A DNA stretch of 63,596 nt, filler included, from Octopus bimaculoides (GCF_001194135.2; 7 parts of 6 records of this genome joined end to end with filler, not necessarily neighbours in it); one strand, 5' to 3'. Counted from the whole stretch's first letter, positions 13,672 through 25,874 are shown. The notes: generated by a model not told the origin, from the sequence alone. Made by a program: numbers and translations.

Positions 13672-13885
13672 AAAGCGACGAGCTGGCAGAATCGTTAGGA
13701 CGCTGGGCTAAATGCTTAGCTGTATTTTATCTGCCGTTAGGTTTTGAGTTCGAATTCCGCCGAGGTCGACTTTGCTTTTCATCCTATCGGGGTTGATAAA
13801 ATTAGTACCAATTACGTACTATGGTCAATGTAATCGACTTAATTCCTTCTCCAAACAGGCCTAGTGCTTCCAGTAGAAAGGATTT
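13672..13885 (+). mobile_element. SINE family B
   Basis: Head, core and tail are present. Confidence 0.85.
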
Positions 13886-14261
13886 CTTAAAGTTGAAAAT
13901 GTGTGACACGTTCACATTTATTATACATATGTTTAATTTTGGGGAAACTTTATTTCAATTAAAGTGTGTGTGTGTGTGTATGTATATATATGTATTAAAG
14001 AAATAAAAAAATAAAGCAAAATGATAGTTGCCTCTGCCTCCATTTTAATAAAACATCCTCAACTCGCCATAAATTTCTTTGTCTCTCTTTCTCTCCCTCG
14101 TTTTTCTCACTCTCTCTCTCTGTCCGTCTGCGCCACCACCCTCACCGTCTCTATACCTATTATTACTCTCACTCCATCATAATGAATGGTAGGAGTGTCA
14201 TTGAATAGTGAGAGAGAGGGGGTCTAAGTGTGACACAGTGACACACAGAAATTAGTTTCTG

Positions 14262-14657
14262 CATTGTGTGGTAAGTAGCTTGCTTACCGACCACATAGTT
14301 CCGGGTTCAGTCCCACTGTGTGACACCTTGGGCAAGTGTCTTCTACTATAGCTTCGGGCCGACCAAAGCCTCGTGAGTGGATTTGGTAGACGGAAACTGA
14401 AAGAAGCCTGTCGTATATATATGTATATATATATATGTGTGTGTTTGTGTGTCTGTGTTTGTCCCCCTCCCCACCATCGCTTGACAACCGATGCTGGTGT
14501 GTTTACGTCCCCGTAACTTAGCGGTTCGGCAAAAAGAGACAGATAGAATAAGTACTAGACTTACAAAGAATAAGTCCCGGGTCGATTTTCTCAACTAAAG
14601 GTGGTGCTCCAGCATGGCCACAGTCAAATGACCGAAAGAAGTAAAAGAGTAAAAGAG
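14262..14657 (+). mobile_element. SINE family A
   Basis: Near-identical to 12615-13000. Confidence 0.9.
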
Positions 14658-14699
14658 AATAGTGAGTGGGTGGAAAATAACTAAGCATTAGAAATTGCT

Positions 14700-15510
14700 T
14701 ATAGGATTTTTAGCATCACTGAAGTCATGACGAAAATATTTTTTAAACAGACAACATTAATGGGGATTTCTTATTTTCTTATTGTTTTATTTCTTATTTC
14801 TTATTTCTTCTACTCCCGATGGCCAGTCGCTTAACTGTTCAGGAGCGAGCTAAGATAACAGCACGCTATGAAGTGTGGAATTCCATTGTTTTGGTTCAGA
14901 GATGGTCGCGTGCATGGAAATGTAATCATGCAACACTACATCCGCAGACAATAAAAAGTTGTCATGCACAGCTGATGACCATGGGTTCTGTGATCGATGC
15001 AAGAAGAAGTGGCCGTCCAACCACATCCTGATCAGCGGAGAATGTGGCAACAGTGCAGGAAATGTTTAATTGCAGCCCGCAAAAATCAACGTATCAAGCA
15101 GCTTGGGAAAGTGGGCTAACAAGACACACAATATGTATGGTGTTGCATAAAGAATTGAACTTTCGTCTGTGGAAATCCCATTATGTGTAAGAGCTAAAAC
15201 TTGAAGACTGTGACCGCAGTTCAGAGGTCCCCAAAAGTACAGATCTCACTCCATGTGATTTTTACCTGTGGAGTTACACAAAAGAGGAGGTGTACAAGAC
15301 AAAACCTCGCAAGACCTCACACACTGGAGGATTTGCAGACACGAAATTTTTTGTCACACATCTGTGATCTCCTCAGCGACACTTTCCGCCATCGTTCCGG
15401 ACAATCGACATGAGTTTGAATAAGAACAGTAATAAACGAGTGAAGAACGAATATATAGTGCGTGTGTTTATTTGACAAAAGAAAAAAAAAAAGTGACCAC
15501 CCCGAAATAC
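14700..15510 (+). mobile_element. Tc1/mariner-family transposase relic with internal deletion
   Basis: ORF 14819-15031 MASRLTVQERAKI...GSVIDARRSGRPTTS (HTH/GRPR), then ...KELNFRLWKSHY...EDCDR directly joined to STDLTPCDFYLWSYTKEEVY. Confidence 0.8.
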
Positions 15511-15574
15511 AATAACTGTTTCAACACACGGTTTCACATCTGGAATCTTTCAACACAAATTCATAAACGTATAT

Positions 15575-15735
15575 ATACTCTTTTATTCTTTTACTTGTTT
15601 CAGTTATATGACTGCGGCCACGATGGAGCACCGCCTTTAGTCGAACTAATCGACCCCGGACTTATTCTTTGTAAGCCTAGCACTTACTCTATCGTCTCTT
15701 TTGCCGAACCGCTAAGTTACGGGGACATAAAGCCT
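15575..15735 (-). mobile_element. SINE family A, 3' half
   Basis: cttttacttgtttcag...ccgctaagttacgggga is the reverse complement of the tail. Confidence 0.85.
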
Positions 15736-15889
15736 GTTACCACACAGCCACGCTGTGGATAGAAAGACATAGCTATGACTATTGTTAAGATGTTCTCTGC
15801 ACAACCACATAGTTCCATTTTCGATCCATTGACCGATATTTTCGGCAGATGTTTTCTAATTATCTTTTCTATTACAGTCACGAATTTTA

Positions 15890-16070
15890 TAAGGGTGAGA
15901 GATAAGCAATTTCATTGACCCTAGCCCTCAACTGGTAATTATCTTACCTACCCAAAAAGGATGAAAGGCAAAGTCAAACTTAGCAGTATTTGAACGCAGA
16001 ACGTAAAGATAGGCAAAATAACGCGAAGCATTTTTCCCGGCGTGCTAACGATTCTGCCATTTCGCTACGT
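15890..16070 (-). mobile_element. SINE family B
   Basis: aaaaggatgaaaggcaaagtc... reverse copy. Confidence 0.8.
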
Positions 16071-16149
16071 TAAAAGCATTTTCTAATTATAGATTCTCGT
16101 TGACAAAACCTGAGATAGAATTCACCAGGTGGAAACTGTTCAAAGGTCC

Positions 16150-16219
<70 letters not shown>

Positions 16220-16419
16220 ACTGTCTGCCTGTCTATCTACATCAGGACCACTTTCATTACTATTTTATTCTGGTGAACCCAGTAACCATTCGATGCTTAA
16301 AAGCTTGTTTTATAGAATGTTATTTATTCATGTTTTCACACATTAATTTGCAGATTGAATTATGTAAGTTGTTAGAGAAAGAAACCTAGCTGTTTCTTAC
16401 GATACGTACCAATTCATAC

Positions 16420-16555
16420 ATCTAAAGCAAATTTTTTTCACGGCCCTTAAAATAACTATTGTGGATCCTCAATTTATAACTTTGTTGTGAGGGCCCTCCC
16501 AAAATGTGATAAGGACCCTCAGGGGCCACATGGACCTTGGCTGAGAACCACTCAT
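16420..16555. mobile_element. hAT/Charlie-like MITE terminus
   Basis: Ends in ggggccacatggaccttggctgagaaccact, resembling the common ...GGTTGAGAACCACTG hAT terminal motif. No matching left end was seen. Confidence 0.4.
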
Positions 16556-16870
16556 CTACATTCATAATCTATACATGTGTGTGTGTGCGCTCGTGTGTGT
16601 CAGTGCTTGGTGCTCACTTTATCATGTGTAACATTAGTGATTCGATAAATAGTGATCGATAATAGATGTATCCGACTACAAATACTGTGGTCATTAAAAT
16701 CCACGAAACCTGTGAAAGCAACACATGGGTTAAAATCTGTAAAATGTAGAAAACCTTTATGTGCATGCGTATGTGTGTGCGTGTGTGTGTATGTGTGTGT
16801 GTGTATGTGTATTCAATAGACACACACGCGCATATATGTGTGTGTAGTGTGTGTGTGTGTAGTGTGTGTG

Positions 16871-16904
<34 letters not shown>

Positions 16905-17004
16905 NNNNNNNNNNNNNNNNNNNNNNNNNNNNNNNNNNNNNNNNNNNNTTAATTAATTAANNNNNNNNNNNNNNNNNNNNNNNNNNNNNNNNNNNNNNNN
17001 NNNN

Positions 17005-17350
17005 TATTTAATCTCTATACCTTCGTTTTATTTGCTTTTTTCATTTTAAATTTGCTTTAACCCTAACCCTAACCCTAGGGTTAGGGTTAGGGTTAGGGTT
17101 AGAGTTAGGGTTAATTGTTTCAGAATCATTTGTTTATGTAGTCGGCACTTAATGTATATCGGCTGAATGGACGTCAATGATTGGTTGAAATTATAGAAAT
17201 ACGACAACTTTAACATGGAATAATTTATGGATTTCTTTTTTTTTTAAGAAGACTAAGAGAAAAAGATGTTTTATATGACACATTCTACCAGTGTTCCAAG
17301 TTTCAAAGTGTTTCGTTAATGAAAAATGTGGCCCCCGTTTTAAAAAAGAT
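17005..17350. mobile_element. Probable interspersed repeat carrying an internal telomere-like palindrome
   Basis: Non-coding block starting at a gap edge and containing (CCCTAA)n/(TTAGGG)n. The boundaries are approximate. Confidence 0.35.
17058..17113. repeat. Interstitial telomeric repeat, inverted (CCCTAA)3-(TTAGGG)6
   Basis: taaccctaaccctaaccctagggttagggttagggttagggttagagttagggtta, read directly. Confidence 0.95.
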
Positions 17351-17944
17351 CCCAAATATATCCCATCCTGCAACTACGCCCATGTTAAAAGTCGCATCTA
17401 GAAATATGCAACAAACCAGTTTAAGAAGTTCCCTGGTGAATATAAATGTATGTATGTATGCATGTATGTATATGTGTGTGTATATGTGAATGTGTGTATA
17501 AGGGGTGAGGAAGAAAGAGAAATAGATCTTTCTAAGCTATCAAAGCGTATAAACTTAGACGAGTTTGATCCATCGCCAGGCTGTCAACGTATTTCTTTTT
17601 TGTACATGAGCAGTATATGTACGTATGTGTATGTATGTATACGCATACATACACACACATATGTATGTCGAATGAAATACTAAAAATAAAATTCAGTCAG
17701 ACAAGAAATAAGGATCGTCAGCGCGATAATTGATAACCGGCTAATTAATGATTATCCAGGTGTGACAAGATTTTTTTTTGGTTTTCGCTTTTTCTTGTTT
17801 TTGTTTGCGTCTCAGCTGGATACAGACTAATTACATACACATACATAAATACAGGGGGATGTGGATGTTCACCCTTACTGATAGTAATTATATAATATAT
17901 ATATATATGTATATACTCTAAACACAGTTCGTGTGTGTGTAGAT

Positions 17945-17979
<35 letters not shown>

Positions 17980-18485
17980 ACTGTATAATAATGTATCACA
18001 ATTATATATATTCTCCGATTTGAAGTAACAATTTTTAAATTCAAACAAATGACCAAAAAGTGATGAGCTAAACCTAGCCAGAATCGAACCCACAAATCAA
18101 CGCTTACTCGGCTCTTTGCGCATCTGTTAGTGCCGAACGCTCAACCATTAATTTCAGCCAAATTAAATGAATATATAGTTAAGCTGTCTCATACTACATA
18201 TAATATTTGTACTCAAACCAGAAAGGCTTTGTAAGTTACGGAGACAAAGCTACCATTACGTCTGTCTCCTAGTGGTTGACAACTGTCGTGTGAATGCCCT
18301 TTTGCGCGCGGGCGAGCTTGTGCGAGCCATTCCATTATGTAGCAGTTCGAAATAGTAGTAGGGTCGAATGATCGACTAAATGCATCAATTTCGTGTCGTA
18401 GTATGCTTATTAGCCAATGACTGATATATATGAAAGAAAAATGGAAGATACACGTATGCGTATATACATACATATATTACATAAT

Positions 18486-18559
<74 letters not shown>

Positions 18560-18740
18560 ACAATATATATAAAATGATATATAAATATAAATGTATATAT
18601 CAATTATACTAATATTATATCATATTATATCATATCAAGAACATGATTATATATTTATTCTGTATGCTATATGAAATCCAATGAAGCGAACTCAAGAGTT
18701 TTCCTATTGAATGAAGTGCTGTGTAATTGTTTATTACTAC

Positions 18741-19020
18741 GCATAGCTTAGTGGTTACCGTACTGCACTTACAATTGCGAGATCTTGGTTTCAATTACTA
18801 GATTGGGTAGTGGTTTTATTCTTGAGCAAAACGTTTCCTCTCACTTTGCTCTGCGATCGTTTCGACACCTGACGATTGGTACACCATGCACATGTTCACG
18901 CAACCTCGATTTGATGGAGAGAGTTAGCTAATGTGTGGCACGAACATTTTATCACTATAAACGATTCATTTGTGCAAGTCGTTCCTCAAAAGTTGAACAC
19001 TCATAGAACGTTTTGGACGG
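18741..19020 (+). mobile_element. Diverged tRNA-derived SINE (fourth type)
   Basis: gcatagcttagtggtt A box, ggtttcaatt B-box remnant, and tcttgagcaaaac core. Confidence 0.6.
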
Positions 19021-20656
19021 GAGAGTCCAACTATATTTGAAATCCAATGAATCGAACTCGAGATTTACCTGTCGAATGAAGTACCGTGTAATTGCTTGTC
19101 TTGGACAATTCTGTGTGTTTCTTGTCATTCGATGTGATTAGAGAGGTGTAGATTAGCCCAGAGTGTTAATAATGGACCTAACCGAATTCCAAATCCCTAT
19201 CGTATTACCGTTTTATGTATATATTACATAGAAACAATCTATATGTACTTGACAAACAGAAAATATAACGAAGAGAGAATGGCAACAATAATCAAGTTCT
19301 TCAAATACATGAAAATATGTGGCAACACAACAGTTAACACGAGTATATATTAGTCAAGGGTATCTAGAAAACGTACTCTGTGTGAAAAATGTCTCAGATG
19401 ATGTTAACATTTGAAACTGCAACTGATCAAAGGGAGCTTGGAGAAAGATTAAGAGCTGAAATGCCGTTTCTGTTAACAAGCGGTGACCGAAATGTGTCGA
19501 GTGAATTATCTTTCCATAAATAACTTTAAAAATGTATCTTTTGTGATGAATGATTCTCTTTTGAGCAGAGCCTGTATCTTTTCCGTTGACACACACACAC
19601 ACACACACTGAAAAGCACGCATACGTAATATATATATATATATATATATATACAAAATGGCTGATAGTTAGCAAGGTGAGATACACNNNNNNNNNNNNNN
19701 NNNNNNNNNNNNNNNNNNNNNNNNNNNNNNNNNNNNNNNNNNNNNNNNNNNNNNNNNNNNNNNNNNNNNNNNNNNNNNNNNNNNNNNNNNNNNNNNNNNN
19801 NNNNNNNNNNNNNNNNNNNNNNNNNNNNNNNNNNNNNNNNNNNNNNNNNNNNNNNNNNNNNNNNNNNNNNNNNNNNNNNNNNNNNNNNNNNNNNNNNNNN
19901 NNNNNNNNNNNNNNNNNNNNNNNNNNNNNNNNNNNNNNNNNNNNNNNNNNNNNNNNNNNNNNNNNNNNNNNNNNNNNNNNNNNNNNNNNNNNNNNNNNNN
20001 NNNNNNNNNNNNNNNNNNNNNNNNNNNNNNNNNNNNNNNNNNNNNNNNNNNNNNNNNNNNNNNNNNNNNNNNNNNNNNNNNNNNNNNNNNNNNNNNNNNN
20101 NNNNNNNNGGTGCAGAGAGTATTTTTTTAGACAAATTTGTTTCTGCTTCCTCTTGTCAAGCCTCGCCTTTTTCGAATCAAAGGAATCATTTCCTCGTGGC
20201 CAATAATTTATCATCATCATCATCATTATTATTATTATTATTATTATTATCAAAAAGCACTTGAAACGAACAATATCATCGGTGCGTTTGATACTCGTTT
20301 GCAATCATCATATGATGCCAAGACGAGTGCACAGACACACAGGTACACAGAGACACACACGCACACACAAGCACAATCGTATACATATGTGTGCGTGTGC
20401 GTGTGCGTGTGCGTGTGCGTGTGTGTGTGTGTGTATTGATTTTAGTTACTATTAGTTTGAAGTTTCAGCGGTGGTTTACTCCGCCTGACAATTCAGTGTT
20501 TTAGAGATTTTATGCTTATAAGTACATGATTGAACTCTCTCGTTCTGTATGCATATATGTGTGCGCGTGTGCGCGCATTGTGTTAACACTGTGTCAGATT
20601 TGTATGTACTGAAAACATTGATCCTAATACACGTATATTTCTCTCTTTTTTTTTAG

Positions 20657-20787
20657 GTACTATGTATTCAGTAATGGTTCTCTCTTTTTCCCGAGTGTCC
20701 AACCTGAAGACAAAGGAATTTACCGTTGTGAAGGAATCAGCGCTCATCATCCCAAACAAGTCTTTACAGCAGAACTAGAGATGGCAT
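20657..20787 (+). CDS. PTK7: Internal exon of PTK7/off-track-like receptor (C-terminal half of an Ig domain, probably Ig3)
   Basis: Acceptor ctctctttttttttag| and donor |gtaagt. 131 nt, phase 2 in and phase 1 out. Translates (R)YYVFSNGSLFFPSVQPEDKGIYRCEGISAHHPKQVFTAELEMA with the Ig NGSL and D-x-G-x-Y-x-C motifs. It resembles recalled human PTK7 Ig3 (VFANGSLLLTQVRPRNAGIYRCIG...EATLHLAEI). Family assignment is from memory, not a search. Confidence 0.85.
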
Positions 20788-21466
20788 GTAAGTAAATCTT
20801 ATATTTTGACGTGGATTTATAATCCAATCATCATATCTCTTCTTTGTAATTATAAGATTAGTCTTAACGATATGTTATGGACTTTCATCCTCAAACGAAC
20901 GACTGGGTATTTCGATTTTGATCCCACTGCATAGCGCTTTGCACATCTTTCTACCTTAGTCACCTTTATCAAATGACTTTACGGAGACAGTGCTGAAGCC
21001 TATCTTATTACTACCTGTTATTCTACTCTCTTACTCTTATGAAATATCCCACCGTCTCCCCATCCTCAATCCACTCTCCATATTCTCTCTTATACTTACC
21101 CTTTTTGTACCTTGACAGTTCGCTCCAGCACCTCATGTGCCATGTGTCTCCTATAACAAGATGATTCAGCTCATTCCTCTGCCATACATTAATTACCATC
21201 TCAACACCTGGAGTAAATCCAATTTCCCTCTCTTTCAAATAAACTGGCATTCAGTTGTATTGCAAATCACTTGGAAATCTTACTATCCTGAAAATCACAG
21301 CCAATACGCAATGTAATGTGTTTGGCATAAGGAAGGGCATCCAGATAACACAAATCGTGCTGAAGCTGACATTTGAGCTCAACGCATTTGTGTGCATGTC
21401 TGTAAGCGTGTTGCGAAGATGTTTAATGATGAAATACGTAATCATTGACGAAAATAATAAACTAAC

Positions 21467-21860
21467 GGTGCGGTGTGGTTATGTGGTAAGAAGCTTGCTT
21501 CCCAACAATGTGGTTCCAGGTTCAGTTCCACTGCGTGGCACCTTGGGCAAGTTTCTTCTACTATAGAATCGGGCCGATCAAATCGTTGTGAGAGGATTTA
21601 CTAGACGGAAACTAAAAGAAGCCCGTCGTATATATATATACACACACATATGTGTGTGTGTTGATGTTTGCGTTTGTCCCCCACCACCACTTGACAACCA
21701 GTGTTGATGTGTGTACCTCCCTGTTACTTAGCAATTTGGAAAAAGTCACCCATAGATTAAGTACTAAGTTTAAAATAAAATACGTCCTCGTTCGATTAAA
21801 ATGCCTAAAGGCGGTGCTCCGGCATGGTCGTAGGGAAATGACTGAAACAAGCAGTAGAAA
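21467..21860 (+). mobile_element. SINE family A
   Basis: Same head, core and tail, diverged. Confidence 0.85.
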
Positions 21861-22442
21861 ATGCCGAAAAATACCTTATAGTATTTATTTTGTTGGAATT
21901 TGCTCATGCAGACTGGTTAGTCTCGCCCTCATAAATGAAACGAAACAGTTATAGGTTTCGAGCTAATCTGTGACCCATGATACTATTTTACTCAATATGT
22001 AGAAAAAAGAAAATAATATCATGTATGGTTAATGAAATCGCCTCACAGGCTCGAAGAAAATTCAATAAATAATGTTAGCTGTGGTGGTTTTATGTTGCAA
22101 CACTCTATTTTAATCCAAGCATTAACCCGCATGCACACGCACACGTCTATGTGTAGGTAAGGGATCGATTTTAATTGAGTAAAAAGTGATGGAGCAATAT
22201 ATATTTATTATGCTTTATAAAAGAGGTGAGTGAAAAAATTTTGAAGCTGCAGTGTTTCAGCTGGTAGATAATTCTGTTTACTAAATTTGAACATTTACAA
22301 TATTCCCTAGATTCCTTGCTTAGACGAAACGGAACTTATTGATTAGAGTGCAGTAAGTTATCACTAATCTATCGATATGTTTGTCTGCAAGCAGGTATAT
22401 GCTAGTGTGTGTGTAGAGTGAGAAAGAAAGAAAGAAAGAGAG

Positions 22443-22504
<62 letters not shown>

Positions 22505-22743
22505 TGAGTGAATGAGAGAGAGAGACGGAGAAAGATAGAAAAGGAGGTGGGGGAATACTCTTATACAGTCTGTCGTTCATTATTCACAAATATTAACTCA
22601 TAATTTTGGCAGTAGGCCACTAATCAAAAATAGCAAAACCTACCCTTTGCAAGCGTCTGTGAGCGTATATACATGTGTGTGTGTGTGTGTGTGTGCATGT
22701 GTGTGTATAATTACACACACATACACACACACACATATATATA

Positions 22744-23230
22744 CTAGCAGAGATACCCGGCGTTGCTCGGGATTAAAATGGTATAGTTTGTATACATATA
22801 TATAATACAGTTATGTTGGAACAGGTGATACGGGAAAGTGAAGCATTGACGACCCAACATTTGTGGAGTAAATGATTGTCTGATTCGACTAAGCAACATG
22901 TAATACGTCCGTTTGGAGGATTCCAAGCCCTAACCTGTCATGGAAAATTGGGAGTGGGGTGGTATATAATTTTTGAACCCGCCGAAAAGCTGTCAGTGGA
23001 TATACTCGCCTTTGAGGCGACCCATCGTGTGGTTGACAATCAAATGAATGGAGGTGTGATGGTGATATTGTACGTGTAATGGGTACATTCCGGAAACGGG
23101 CTGCAATGGGAAACAGCAACGGGGTAGTGAACGGTGGAAATGTTGCAGAATGCGAAGGATTGACATTAGATTGCTGGTGACGCTGTAGAATAAGAAACAC
23201 AAAGGCTATGCAGTCACATGAGAATATGTA
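22744..23230 (-). mobile_element. Non-autonomous Helitron, 3' end
   Basis: The minus strand ends cccgagcaacgccggg (hairpin) tatctctgCTAG|T at 22744. The 5' boundary was not identified. Confidence 0.7.
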
Positions 23231-23360
23231 GTAATGAATTACTTGAAAACTAAGGTATAATGGCTTACTGCATGGTTGGTAGGAGTAATTGGAAAATATG
23301 ATTTGATATTAAAGTCCGTGCAGGAAACTGCTCTGTTGGTGCAGTCTTCGGGTTTGTTGG

Positions 23361-23395
<35 letters not shown>

Positions 23396-24137
23396 AGATT
23401 GTGTGTGTGTGTAGATGTGTGTGTATGTTTAATAACGTACCTAACGCGGAATACATACATTCTATGAGCCATATGCACACTCATAAGCTTACACACATAC
23501 ACTCACAAACAGATACAGTCATATACAAAACGTGATGTCGTTGTCGTCGTGGTATAAAATGTTCTGTTGACAATAGAATGATTATCTCAATGAAATGTTA
23601 TTTTGTTTTAATCGAAATGAAGATAAAATTTCCTATTGACACTGGCCAGCCCTCACATACATATAGTAAGACACACAGGGGCATACATTCACGAATGTCA
23701 GTCATTGTATATGTATGTGTAGATGTGAGTGTGTGTGTTTAATAAAGTATGGTTACATATGCACGTGTAGATGTGTGTGTGTGTATGTTTAATAACGTCC
23801 TAACGCTGAAAGACACACACACTATAAGACACATACACATTCATACACTTACACACATACACTCAAATACAGATACAGAGTAATTTACAAAGTGTATATA
23901 TATTACATACATGTAGATATGTGTATGTATATAACGTCTGTATTTACGTACGTGCGCTCATACGTACGTATGTATGTATGTATGTAGGTACGTAGGTAGG
24001 TAGGTTGGTAGGTATCAGAATAAATGGATTGTGAACAGTTTCTTGTTTGCATTTAAATCCGAAACATAGAAGGAGGACTTACAGTTAAGAACTAAACTGG
24101 AAAATGTATTATATGTGCGCATGAGTATATGTAACTA

Positions 24138-24244
<107 letters not shown>

Positions 24245-25227
24245 CACACACACACACACATATGCGTGTGTGTGTGTGTGTGTGTGTGTGTGCGTCACCC
24301 AAAGGCTCTTAAACGGTGTGTCCAGCAGGAAAACGGATTTATTTTATTTTCGAAAGCTATACACCAAAGGAAAGGTTTGTTATCAAAATATATATTTTAC
24401 AATGGGAAATAAACTCAACTTCCAGATCGCTAAGATTTTATGCCTTTAGAAGCCGCCATCTTAAACTCGGGATTACCTGAGTGTTTGTACGTTTGTGTGT
24501 GTTATCCATCTCTTATATCTTTCTCTCTATCTACCTCTCTCTCTACCTGTCTATCTGTCTCTCACTCTGTATTTACCTTACAGACACACTCTCTGTATAT
24601 GTATATCTCTCACGCATGCTGCTCCCCCTCTCTCTCTCTCTCTTGATATGACATGTAATACAACTTAGTCACAGGAATCGAGCGCCTCTGTCTATGTGCC
24701 TCTCTCTCTGTTTATCTGTGTCTCTGTCTCACACGCTTTACTGGATTATAAACTTTCTGCCTCTCTATATATGCTTACCACACTCTCCCTCTCACGATTG
24801 CTCTGTATGTATATCTATCACACTGTATTTGTTTGTACCTGTGTGTGTGCGTGCGCCTTAATGTGTGTGTGAGTATAGCGCGCGCGTGTAAATATGTGTG
24901 TGCGTGCGTGTCAGTGTGTTTGTATGCATAGGTGTAAGAAATTTCGTTAGGGCGACAGAATCGAAAGACCCTCGCAGAGTATCAGCAGCAAGCTCGCTTC
25001 TTTTGAATGCGTTCGGCCAGGTTACTATTCGGAATATAATTTTCTCTCATCAATTCATAAATCCTATCGACTCTGAAATAAAAGATTAGGAGGGATTCAC
25101 ATCGTCTCCGAGTAAGATATTGGGGGAAAAAAAAACAAACAAACAAAAAAACAATGCTCGCTGTTTTTTAAATTTTCATTCCAACGTAAAACGAATAGAA
25201 TAATCAATTAAAATTCTTTATTTAAAG

Positions 25228-25357
25228 ATCTTGGAGATTTTACACCAGACCTTTTTGAGCCACGCCTCATAACAGATTTTCCAATGGTTATCCCAGTTCA
25301 TTCTAAATTCGAGGTGAAAGTTTATCCTGCGACTGGAAAACCGAAACCAACTTACAG
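25228..25357 (+). CDS. PTK7: Internal exon of PTK7-like receptor (N-terminal half of the next Ig domain, probably Ig4)
   Basis: Acceptor attctttatttaaag| and donor cag|gtaaat. 130 nt, phase 1 in (T+AT=Tyr, in frame with the previous exon) and phase 2 out. Translates YLGDFTPDLFEPRLITDFPMVIPVHSKFEVKVYPATGKPKPTY(R), matching recalled PTK7 'AEIEDMPLFEPRV...VTCLPPKGLPEP'. Confidence 0.85.
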
Positions 25358-25547
25358 GTAAATACATTTTCCTAAATGATCGTTTCTTTTACGCTTACTA
25401 TGTTTATTTATTTAGAATAATAATATTACGATTATTCGTGCTCAGACTTAATCATATAGTCTCGAGTTGGTTAGTGCTATTTGGAACTTAGTAAACAGAC
25501 ACTGTGCGGAAGCGAGATGGATATAGATATGTGTGTGTGTTATTTTT

Positions 25548-25768
25548 TACTACCCACAAGGGGCTACACACAGAGAGGACAAACAAGGACAGACAAACGG
25601 ATTAAGTCGATTATATCGACCCCAGTGCGTAACTGGTACTTATTTAATCGACCCCGAAAGGATGAAAGGCAAAATCGACCTCGGCGGAATTTGAACTCAG
25701 AACGTAGCCGCAGACGAAATACCGCTAAGCATTTCGCCCGGTGTGCTAACGTTTCTGCCAGCTCGCCG

Positions 25769-25770
<2 letters not shown>
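25548..25770 (-). mobile_element. SINE family B, young
   Basis: Near-consensus reverse copy about 190 bp downstream of exon 25228-25357. Confidence 0.9.
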
Positions 25771-25820
<50 letters not shown>

Positions 25821-25874
25821 ACATATATATATACGTGTACAGAAAAGAGAGAGAGACCTAGAGATCTGCGCATA

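Noticed and set aside
16949-16960. TTAATTAATTAA islands inside N runs (also 34093, 43517, 55552, 60469, 61988)
   Set aside because: Where counted, they are flanked by 44 Ns on each side (100-bp placeholder), and they carry stops in all six frames. This is a scaffolding spacer, not biology.
17058-17113. Telomere-telomere fusion scar
   Set aside because: The repeat order (CCCTAA then TTAGGG) is opposite to that produced by end-to-end fusion.
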